Positions 1 through 9,991 of a stretch of DNA of 45,078 bases are shown in pieces. This DNA is from Alphaproteobacteria bacterium (GTDB lineage: Bacteria > Pseudomonadota > Alphaproteobacteria > Rs-D84). A program made the position numbers and the translations under genes. The notes under the pieces were generated by a model. The model ran no database searches. It was not told the DNA's origin and worked only from the letters and a program-made list of their open reading frames with translations. Every line of letters begins with the position of its first letter. The stretch's first letter is position 1. Location: NCBI GenBank assembly GCA_024402815.1, contig JAKSTB010000002.1:1-45078 (forward strand). Direction: 5' to 3'.

Positions 1-112
1 AACAATCCCGAAGCCGCATAGTATCAAAACCAAAAAACATGAATTTTGTTAAAACCGTCCAATATTTGCATAATTCTACACATCGACTATACGGCGGTTT
101 ACACAATAAAAT

Positions 113-634
113 TTACCATTTGTTGTTATGGATTTTGTTTTTATCAAATTGGTCTTTGGCGACAAATGGTTCGTCAGAATATCCCATTACCACCAATGCA
201 ACCGGAACGATGTTTTTTGGAATTCCAAGCAGGTTGCGGTAATCGTCCGCGTTTTCTATTGCGTGCGTCCAACAGGTTGCAATACCAAGTTCGGTTGCGC
301 GCAATAACATATTTTCTATGCATGCTGCGGCATCTAGTTTGCCTAGGTCGTCGTTATCGTAACCTGCTGCAAAAATTTTATTTGAATCATAACATACCAA
401 AACGGATACTGGTGATTGTGTGCAAAATCCTGCCCATTCATAGAATGATTTGATTTCTTCTTTGGTTGTGTTGTCTTTTATAACAATAAGTTCCAAAGGA
501 TGTATGCCTTCACCACTTGGCGCAGAAAGGCCGCTGGATAAAATAAAGTTTAAATCATTATCTGAAATTTCATCTTTGCGAAACGACCGAATGCTGCGCC
601 GTTTATATATACTATCATTTGTCGGGTATGTCAT
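113..634 (-). CDS. nitroreductase family protein
   Basis: 173-aa ORF. ATG at 634-632 is preceded by AAGGA. N-terminal RRSIRSF motif and overall pattern fit NAD(P)H nitroreductases. Confidence 0.8.
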   Translation of the reverse strand: MTYPTNDSIYKRRSIRSFRKDEISDNDLNFILSSGLSAPSGEGIHPLELIVIKDNTTKEEIKSFYEWAGFCTQSPVSVLVCYDSNKIFAAGYDNDDLGKLDAAACIENMLLRATELGIATCWTHAIENADDYRNLLGIPKNIVPVALVVMGYSDEPFVAKDQFDKNKIHNNKW

Positions 635-921
635 GGGGGATCCTTTTTGTGTTGAATTATCCTCTTCTAGTTAACGATTCTATCAAAGTCGCTTTCAATG
701 TTTTGGTTTCACCTTATTACATAATTTATTCGCGAATGAATTATAAATGTAAAACTATTACATGTCCAGTTTAATCTGGCTCACAAAAAATTCAAAAATA
801 AAGTTTCGGTCTAATGTGCGATGAAGTGAGATAAAACTATAAATGCATATTGTCTTTTTGTATGCGTGATTTTACATATTGACTACACGAGAAATTTTTG
901 TGTGGTAAAAAATCAGCTGTA

Positions 922-1007
922 AGCTGCGGAAAAGCGTGTTATGCGGGTTTGTGTGTCAAACCATCATAATCCTTTGGTCAGGGGTCCGAATCCCTTCGCC
1001 GCTACCA
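922..1007 (+). ncRNA. tRNA-like RNA of uncertain identity (aberrant tRNA or tRNA pseudogene) ending in A-CCA
   Basis: T arm AGGGG/TCCGAAT/CCCTT (980-996). 3' acceptor strand CGCCGCT (997-1003) pairs 6/7 with AGCTGCG (922-928). Discriminator A plus encoded CCA (1004-1007). Anticodon-like arm GGTTT/GTGTGTC/AAACC (946-962). The D arm is degenerate, the 17-nt variable region does not pair, and the T loop is non-canonical. Its own terminator follows. Confidence 0.4.
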
Positions 1008-1012
1008 AAATT

Positions 1013-1040
1013 AAATCGGGTTCGTCCCGATTTTTATTTT
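1013..1040 (+). terminator. intrinsic terminator after the tRNA-like RNA
   Basis: Stem AAATCGGG (1013-1020) / CCCGATTT (1026-1033), 5-nt loop, then a T-run. Confidence 0.75.
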
Positions 1041-1100
1041 TCCCAAGAATCAATTCCCATCCAGTTGTTTTGTTTGTATTTTTATGATATGATACACATT

Positions 1101-1676
1101 ATGAAAAATTTATACGCAATATTTTTATCTCTATTTTTATCAATACCTTCATTTGCAGAAAGTTGTATTTTACCAGAAAGAAACCCTTTTATGGGTGATT
1201 ACCGACAACAAATCGCTTTTGGCATTGGCCAAGGATTCGATACAGGATGGCTTTTACCACCGCCTGTCAAACCCGTTCCTTTTTATATTGGGACTTTTAC
1301 TTATTCCCAGCCAACAACTTTCTTTCGCGTTCCAGCGCGTCGTTCAATAAACATATCTGAAACACTTGGCTTGGGAAGCAAGAACGGCTGGGACTGGCAA
1401 GATTATACAATACCTATGATTTACGTGACCGAAGATATCGCCCTGTTTCGTTATCATCGTATTTATGCTGGGCTTGGTGCGGGCGCTGGCTTGCAAGCCA
1501 AAGAAAACAAAAGATTGGGTGCAAAATTGCTTTTCCAATTCAAAGCGACATTTGGTTATAATTTCAACAGACGTTGGGCGGCAGAAGTATTTATTCAACA
1601 TTTTTCAAATGCTAATACTGCCGAAGAAAATAATTCTTATGCTTTTTATGGTTTGGGTGTTACATATAATTATTAA
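1101..1676 (+). CDS. acyloxyacyl hydrolase / PagL-like outer-membrane lipid A deacylase
   Basis: ATG at 1101 gives signal peptide MKNLYAIFLSLFLSIPSFA. Alternating beta-barrel-like sequence. C-terminal H-F-S-N motif (FIQHFSNANT) resembles the PagL His/Ser site. The track ORF start at 936 overlaps the tRNA-like RNA and its terminator and was rejected. Confidence 0.6.
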   Translation: MKNLYAIFLSLFLSIPSFAESCILPERNPFMGDYRQQIAFGIGQGFDTGWLLPPPVKPVPFYIGTFTYSQPTTFFRVPARRSINISETLGLGSKNGWDWQDYTIPMIYVTEDIALFRYHRIYAGLGAGAGLQAKENKRLGAKLLFQFKATFGYNFNRRWAAEVFIQHFSNANTAEENNSYAFYGLGVTYNY

Positions 1677-1683
1677 TCACAAT

Positions 1684-2349
1684 TTACCAATTTATAGGTT
1701 TATCACCGTGCGCAATTAAATATTCATTAGCACGTGAAAAATGATGATTTCCAAAAAATCCGCGGTATGCAGATAATGGTGACGGGTGCGCACTGGTTAA
1801 AACCAGGTTTTCGTTTTTATCAACAATCACTGCTTTGTTTTGAGCAAAAGATCCCCACAACATATAAACAACGTGTTTTTTATTTTGCGCGATTGTTTTT
1901 ATAACCGCATCAGTAAATGTTTCCCAACCCTTGCCACTGTGGGATGCGGCCAGATGTGCCTGGACCGTCAATGTAGAATTTAATAATAAAACACCTTGGC
2001 GCGCCCACTGGGTTAAATCGCCATTTGTAATACTTTTGTGTCCAATATCTGATTCAATTTCTTTATATATGTTTACCAAAGACGGTGGCAAATCAACACC
2101 ATTTTGCACAGAAAAACATAGTCCGTGCGCCTGGCCTGGTTCGTGATATGGATCTTGACCAATTATAACTACACGCACTTCATTCAACGGACATAAATTA
2201 AAAGCATTAAAAATATTTTTAGGTTCTGGATAAACTGTTTTGCCGGCCAAATATTCACCCCGAACAAAATCTGTCAGTTTTTGAAAATATTCTTTTTCAA
2301 ATTCACCAGATAATGCCTTTTTCCAAGATTCTTCTATTTTAACATCCAT
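1684..2349 (-). CDS. ung: uracil-DNA glycosylase
   Basis: GQDPYH and HPSPLS motifs with full-length family-1 UDG pattern. Start overlaps the upstream stop (TAATG). Confidence 0.95.
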   Translation of the reverse strand: MDVKIEESWKKALSGEFEKEYFQKLTDFVRGEYLAGKTVYPEPKNIFNAFNLCPLNEVRVVIIGQDPYHEPGQAHGLCFSVQNGVDLPPSLVNIYKEIESDIGHKSITNGDLTQWARQGVLLLNSTLTVQAHLAASHSGKGWETFTDAVIKTIAQNKKHVVYMLWGSFAQNKAVIVDKNENLVLTSAHPSPLSAYRGFFGNHHFSRANEYLIAHGDKPINW

Positions 2350-3002
2350 TATTTATCACCCATATCTATTAAATGATTTTGGCATGCACGAAATAAAACA
2401 ACATCTATGTATCCAATTGGTAAACCTGTTTCTCGGACCAGATGATTAAACATAGCATCACACGCTTGTTTTAATTCTGGTTTTAATTTTGGTTTATCTA
2501 ATAATTCATTAAGATTTTTATCACCGCCGAACACGACACCCAGGCGTTTTATCCACCTGTCATATTTAGGAAGATTTTCACCCAGATTTCTGGCCAAATG
2601 ATTAACGGTGGTTTCACCAACATAAGATATCTGTAACAGATATTTTATTTTTTCTTCCAAATTTTGACATTTATAAAAACCATCACATAAACTTTGACGA
2701 TTATTCCAAACTGTTATAATTGCATCTATCTTAGATTCATTTTTAAACACAGGTAATATCTCAAATTTATTTGAATTATTTTTTAACAAATCCATTATTA
2801 TTCTGTGTTTTATTTTGGCTGTTTTCTGGTTAAACCCAGATGCCAAGATAACATAAGACACCGTCTCGGCAAATTGATTTGGACTTACGCGTTTGGGGTG
2901 TTTCAAGTTTTCTAAAATTTCATCAAAAGATTGTTCATCACTGTCCAATCCCATTTCGCGTAATTTAGATTCTAAATCAAAAAACCATTTTTTCGAAAAC
3001 AT
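2349..3002 (-). CDS. HhH-GPD superfamily-like protein (putative DNA glycosylase)
   Basis: Pattern FAETVSYVILASGFNQKTA ... ISYVGETTVNHLARNLG ... KYDRWIKRLG resembles the helix-hairpin-helix plus downstream Asp of EndoIII/MagIII-type glycosylases. The ATG at 3002 has GGAAG 5 nt upstream. The alternative ATG at 3026 has no SD and overlaps the JAB gene. Confidence 0.45.
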   Translation of the reverse strand: MFSKKWFFDLESKLREMGLDSDEQSFDEILENLKHPKRVSPNQFAETVSYVILASGFNQKTAKIKHRIIMDLLKNNSNKFEILPVFKNESKIDAIITVWNNRQSLCDGFYKCQNLEEKIKYLLQISYVGETTVNHLARNLGENLPKYDRWIKRLGVVFGGDKNLNELLDKPKLKPELKQACDAMFNHLVRETGLPIGYIDVVLFRACQNHLIDMGDK

Positions 3003-3003
3003 T

Positions 3004-3660
3004 TTATCTTCCCATGCTGTTTTCATTAGTATTTGCTAAAACATCAGGACCAAAACAAGGCAATTGAATAAATTCCCCATTTGAATCTTCTGCAAAAACA
3101 TTATCACAGCGATAAACATCGACACCATCACAAAAAACAAAATTGAAATTGCCACCGGTAAGCAAACATCCACATATACCAACATTTTTTGCAACATCTG
3201 AAAAAGCCATATCTATGTAAGCATTAACATCAGCCAAAGAATAATTTAAATACCACGCCCCAACACGCGGATGGCTGTGCCCATGCGCAGCAATTTTGCC
3301 TTCCGCTTTTGTAGCATTAATACAATATTCGGCATATTTTTTATTTTGATATTTGGAAAATACAGCTTCATAAGTATTCGAATTTGTTGGATATTGCGCA
3401 ATAATATCATTAAAAACAAACTGTTGATATTCAAAATCTATGAAACCAAATAACAAAAAAGGAACTTCGCAATTTTGTTTGTTTGTTATATCGGCTATTT
3501 TTTTTAATGTCTTGTACACTTGATTATTTAAAACAACCGCAGATATTTTACTGGTATGTGGAAATCCAGAATTACTGATTGGACTGTTGTCGCCAAAATG
3601 TCGGTGTATTCTTTCTTGTATTTTTAATTTCAATTTTGATTTAGTGAAAACATCGCTCAT
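3004..3660 (-). CDS. JAB/MPN+ (JAMM) metalloprotease domain protein
   Basis: AHGHSHP...YSLAD (H-x-H ... S-x-x-D) with upstream Glu in CEVPFLLFG. The H-to-S spacer is longer than the canonical 7 residues. Confidence 0.55.
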   Translation of the reverse strand: MSDVFTKSKLKLKIQERIHRHFGDNSPISNSGFPHTSKISAVVLNNQVYKTLKKIADITNKQNCEVPFLLFGFIDFEYQQFVFNDIIAQYPTNSNTYEAVFSKYQNKKYAEYCINATKAEGKIAAHGHSHPRVGAWYLNYSLADVNAYIDMAFSDVAKNVGICGCLLTGGNFNFVFCDGVDVYRCDNVFAEDSNGEFIQLPCFGPDVLANTNENSMGR

Positions 3661-3678
3661 AACTTTATACCCTTGAAT

Positions 3679-3960
3679 TTACATTTTCTTTTTTTTGAAA
3701 CTGGACATAGCAGTAAATCTGATGTTTTTATCTTTTGATTCATCAGACAATATAATCATCCGTTCCAGACGTTCTTTAGCTTGGTTTAATTTAGTGCTTA
3801 AATTTTTTCTTATGTCTTGTGATTGTATAATTACCCTGGGGATATTCACCAAATGTTTTTGTTTGTTTGACATTTCGTATTCCAATCGACATGGTTCCCC
3901 AAAAAAAACATCTGTTTCATTAAACATTTGATTGTTTGATTTGTTGAAATCATCCACCAT
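3679..3960 (-). CDS. hypothetical protein (93 aa)
   Basis: ATG preceded by AGGGGGA. Co-directional and tightly spaced with the JAB gene. No recognisable motif. Confidence 0.5.
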   Translation of the reverse strand: MVDDFNKSNNQMFNETDVFFGEPCRLEYEMSNKQKHLVNIPRVIIQSQDIRKNLSTKLNQAKERLERMIILSDESKDKNIRFTAMSSFKKKKM

Positions 3961-4077
3961 GTTGTCCCCCTTTTTTGGGTTTAATACAATATCATTCGTT
4001 AATCCTGCTGTTCACCATATGTTTTATCAGTATTTGTTTGCACTTTTCTTTTTCTAACATTACCATATATAAAGTTT

Positions 4078-5727
4078 TCAACCGTTTTGTATATGTTTGC
4101 CATTAAATAACAATTTCAGCATTTCTTTCTTTCTGCGTTCATCTGCGCCTTTCTCGTTTACGTTTTCTATACCCTGACGGAATTTTGATTCAACTTGTGC
4201 TTCTCTATCTTTGGATTGCACATTGATTATTCCCTGCCTTAATTGTTCTGCCTTGTTGTTGATTGGTGTTTTAACCTCTGGTGATTTGTGTGGCAATTCC
4301 ACCCTGACACCATCTCTTATTTCAGGATCTTTCCAATAAAATTCAGCCATATCATGCCTAAAATCTTTTCTGTATTTGTCTTCTATATCACTGTATCCTA
4401 ATTCTTGATCCAGTATTTCTTCCCATTGTTTTTTATTATATTTTTTTCTGGTTTCCACAGATAACCCATATTTTTCTTTGAATGCTTCTATGCGTTCACG
4501 TCCCTGGGATTCTAAATCAGCATAACTTAGCGGTTGTCTTTTTTGTTCTTGTGGTTGTTGACCTTGGTTCACAATGTTTTCTGGTTCACGAATACCCAGG
4601 GCTTCTCTCATTTTGCTTAAAGCATAATCCCTATATCCAACCTGGTTTCCTGCCAGCACCATCATACCATTAACCGTCTTTAATTTTCTTGCTACATCTT
4701 CTGGAACGTTTTTACTAGATACAACTTCTTTGATTGCATCTGTTAATTTTTTCCAGCTTTCTTCAACCTCTGGGCTTTTAACAGAACCTGCTTCTTTATA
4801 TGCTTTTTCATAACCATCTATTAACAAAGCAATCTTTTTGGATTGATCATCTGTCAGGTTTTTATCTTCCTTGTTTTGACCCGCCATCGCATTTTTTATA
4901 CCGCCAAAAATGTCATTTGGTTTGGCTTGCTTTGGGTCTTGCGCTTCTGGTTTTTGTTCATCTTGTTGTTGCGGTTTTTTCTTACCAAGATTGAAAAAAT
5001 CAAACCGAGGATCTGATTTCACCTGTTCAGGTTCTTCTTCGTCTTTCTGTTTTTCGGTTTGCTGTACGGTTTTATCTTTGTCTTTGATATTTGACATATC
5101 ATTATTCAACACAACCATAAACTCTTGGATTTTATCTTGATGTGTATTGTCTCTAAAGACATTGTATTTCATGTCTTTTAATATATCGACCAATCTTTCA
5201 GCCGTTTCCGCAGTTATTTCTTTATCTGCAACACCTTTCTGGATTGCTTGACCGACTGCACACAGCAAATCCCCAGATTCCATCGCGCCATTTTGTTTAT
5301 ACGCTTCTTCATAGTTTTTCATAAACTGTTTCACATTCTGTAAAACCAGTTTAGAATCTTCTACGTTATCGTTCAAACCAACCAAACTTAAACTTTGTGA
5401 TAAATCAAAAGCCTGGGTTGTTTTATTATCATATTGTTCATATTGTTCTGTTTGACGATTACAAATTTCTTTCAATCTTTCTATTCTGTCAACAGTATAA
5501 TCATATCCAGCTCTGCCACTGTCAATTTCATGAATTACATCAATATATTCCTGGGCCATCTTAGGCGAAATCAATTTAGCATCCAGAGCATCCTGGATTG
5601 CAAAATTAAGTTTTCTGCGGATATTGGTCACTTCTTCACCAAACAAAAAACCTTCATCTTCATATGCGCCACGAAATTCTTTAATCAAGTAACCAATTTC
5701 ATCCAATATATCTAATGTTGTGTCCAC
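4078..5727 (-). CDS. hypothetical charged repeat protein (549 aa), candidate secreted or effector protein
   Basis: GTG start preceded by AAGGGGGA, 21 nt after the gyrB stop. Three about 52-aa internal repeats, a Q/K/E/P-rich linker, and a C-terminal duplicated RQGI-x-NV motif. Confidence 0.65.
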   Translation of the reverse strand: MDTTLDILDEIGYLIKEFRGAYEDEGFLFGEEVTNIRRKLNFAIQDALDAKLISPKMAQEYIDVIHEIDSGRAGYDYTVDRIERLKEICNRQTEQYEQYDNKTTQAFDLSQSLSLVGLNDNVEDSKLVLQNVKQFMKNYEEAYKQNGAMESGDLLCAVGQAIQKGVADKEITAETAERLVDILKDMKYNVFRDNTHQDKIQEFMVVLNNDMSNIKDKDKTVQQTEKQKDEEEPEQVKSDPRFDFFNLGKKKPQQQDEQKPEAQDPKQAKPNDIFGGIKNAMAGQNKEDKNLTDDQSKKIALLIDGYEKAYKEAGSVKSPEVEESWKKLTDAIKEVVSSKNVPEDVARKLKTVNGMMVLAGNQVGYRDYALSKMREALGIREPENIVNQGQQPQEQKRQPLSYADLESQGRERIEAFKEKYGLSVETRKKYNKKQWEEILDQELGYSDIEDKYRKDFRHDMAEFYWKDPEIRDGVRVELPHKSPEVKTPINNKAEQLRQGIINVQSKDREAQVESKFRQGIENVNEKGADERRKKEMLKLLFNGKHIQNG

Positions 5728-5748
5728 GATATCCCCCTTTCACAAAAA

Positions 5749-8148
<2,400 letters not shown>

Positions 8149-8303
8149 TTACAAGTCCTTTCTTTTTGCTATACAAAACATAGCAATTTATGTTATAATT
8201 ATCAAGAGAAAACAGAAGAAAAATGATAAAAAAGAACGGGGTAAACATCTGTTCTAAAAAGGCATTTTTTAGGGATAAATATCTAAGTAAAAGGGTATAA
8301 AAA

Positions 8304-8873
8304 ATGAAGTTTAAATTGTTATATTATGGTGATATTTTAACAAACCCAAAAAAACGGGCTCAACATATTGCAGATATTCGTATGCAATTTCATCCCCAGC
8401 TTAAAAAACTAATGAATTTCCAGCCCTGGAATAACCTTACTAATTTCATGATGCCGTCCCCGACAAAAAGTCCTATTATAACCCGGCACATTGGGGGCAT
8501 TGATTGGAACCCTGTTATTACGCCAAATTTGAAAATGATTGCAGAATTGGATATTTTGTTGATGCATCCTGAAATTGTCGGTGTTCCGCGTTCTGATATT
8601 GATAACCGCGTTAAAACCATATTAGATGGCCTGCGTTGCCCACAAAACGAACACGAAATAGGACAAAATACACCACGCGATATTGGGCCTATTTATACAT
8701 TGTTGGACGATGACCATTTGGTAACAAAATTAACAGTCAACACCAGCCATCTTTTGATGGAAAACATATTCCCTTGTGATTTGAAAAGAAGCCAGGATTC
8801 AGTGTTTATGTTAATAGACGTCAATGTCCGCGTAACCGAAGGGACATTGGAAAATTTACCATTTATGGCATAA
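8304..8873 (+). CDS. hypothetical protein, possibly RusA-like endonuclease fold
   Basis: PRSDIDNRVKTILDGL ... LLDDDHLV resembles the RusA D-x-D-N-x-x-K-x-x-x-D-x-L ... DD core. It is the only plus-strand gene inside a 15 kb minus-strand block. Confidence 0.35.
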   Translation: MKFKLLYYGDILTNPKKRAQHIADIRMQFHPQLKKLMNFQPWNNLTNFMMPSPTKSPIITRHIGGIDWNPVITPNLKMIAELDILLMHPEIVGVPRSDIDNRVKTILDGLRCPQNEHEIGQNTPRDIGPIYTLLDDDHLVTKLTVNTSHLLMENIFPCDLKRSQDSVFMLIDVNVRVTEGTLENLPFMA

Positions 8874-8889
8874 AGAAAAAATATATAAA

Positions 8890-8915
8890 AAAATACCGGT
8901 AAATACCGGTATTTT
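8890..8915. terminator. bidirectional hairpin terminator (AAAATACCGG / CCGGTATTTT, 6-nt loop)
   Basis: 10-bp stem 8890-8899 / 8906-8915 flanked by A and T runs, between convergent stops at 8873 and 8919. Confidence 0.7.
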
Positions 8916-8918
8916 CTA

Positions 8919-9989
8919 TTAGGTTAATGCGGCGGTTATTTGCTCTTGCATCTGGAAAGTTCCAAATACAACCCAACCTATCGCACCAGAAACCAACCCC
9001 ATACCCACACTGTTCAAAGTGCTGGATAAATTTTCTATACGGCGCACAGATTCATTCATATATTCTATGGCGATTTTATTTAAATTCTTTGCAAAATCGT
9101 TCATATCGGAATAAATGACCAAATCCCCCACAATTTCAGCATTTGGAAAATTCTTGCCTGTTGCAGCCAACGCATTACCTAAATTTTCACCATTTGTAAT
9201 ATACAATAATGTTTCTTCCAAAATACTGGATAAATAACGATTTGAATTATTCGCCAACAAACGCATCGCTTGGGGTACAGATGTATCTGCAGCAACCATT
9301 GCCGCCAATGACATCAACCAGCTGACCGATAATTGTAATTTATAAATACTCCATGGTGGAAAATCATCAAATTTTGCACGTAATTTTCCAGTCCATATAG
9401 GCAAAGATACCACGATCAATATAATTAACACCACCAACGCCGCACAAATAATATACAAATATTTATTCATAAAATCAGATGCCCAAACCAAAGATGCCGC
9501 CGTTCCACGCCAAACAATATCACCACCTGCGGCTTCTGTTAAAGGTGGCACCAAATATATACCCACCATGGCAATAATACCTATGGTCATAGCAAACAAA
9601 AACAATGGGTATGCAAAAGCAGATGATACCGCCCTTTTAATACGGTTCACACCATTAACCACTGTCGATATGTTTTCCAAAGAAACCAACAAATCAGATA
9701 AATTTCCAGACATTAACAATAATGTTTCTTCAGGTGGAACCCAACCACGTGTTGCTTCGGAAAAACTAAGTCCACATTCCAAACCTTTTTGCACCTCACG
9801 CATATATATAGCAAAAGGTTCATTTGGTTTTTTACCGTTTTCAGATTCTATCATTTCAATACGATGTAAGGCATCCATCAAAGAAAAATTATTACGCAAC
9901 AGAGATGCCAATTTACTACTGATTGACATACGTTTATCTGTATCCATTCTGCAAGAAAGTCTTGCGTACCAATACTCTAATTTGTTCAT
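8919..9989 (-). CDS. GspF/PilC-family inner-membrane platform protein (type IVb PilR/TcpE/BfpE-like)
   Basis: Two repeated cytoplasmic helical domains and three long hydrophobic segments. Sits directly after the GspE-type ATPase. The ATG at 9989 is 2 nt after the ATPase stop. Alternative starts are ATG 10004 and TTG 10028. Confidence 0.75.
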   Translation of the reverse strand: MNKLEYWYARLSCRMDTDKRMSISSKLASLLRNNFSLMDALHRIEMIESENGKKPNEPFAIYMREVQKGLECGLSFSEATRGWVPPEETLLLMSGNLSDLLVSLENISTVVNGVNRIKRAVSSAFAYPLFLFAMTIGIIAMVGIYLVPPLTEAAGGDIVWRGTAASLVWASDFMNKYLYIICAALVVLIILIVVSLPIWTGKLRAKFDDFPPWSIYKLQLSVSWLMSLAAMVAADTSVPQAMRLLANNSNRYLSSILEETLLYITNGENLGNALAATGKNFPNAEIVGDLVIYSDMNDFAKNLNKIAIEYMNESVRRIENLSSTLNSVGMGLVSGAIGWVVFGTFQMQEQITAALT

Positions 9990-9991
9990 GA

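Noticed and set aside
922-1007. tmRNA (one-piece or alphaproteobacterial two-piece acceptor piece) as the identity of the tRNA-like RNA
   Set aside because: Pair 3:70 would be C:G, not the G:U needed for alanylation. No tag reading frame ending in ...LAA was seen within 350 nt on either side. The CCA is followed by a terminator rather than a coding piece.
936-1100. N-terminal 55 codons of the track ORF 936..1676
   Set aside because: This part overlaps the tRNA-like RNA and its terminator. The signal peptide begins at the ATG at 1101, so the CDS was shortened.
8149-8303. Possible replication origin next to gyrB
   Set aside because: No cluster of DnaA-box-like 9-mers (TTATCCACA variants) and no AT-rich 13-mer repeats were seen. 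The region looks like an ordinary divergent promoter spacer.
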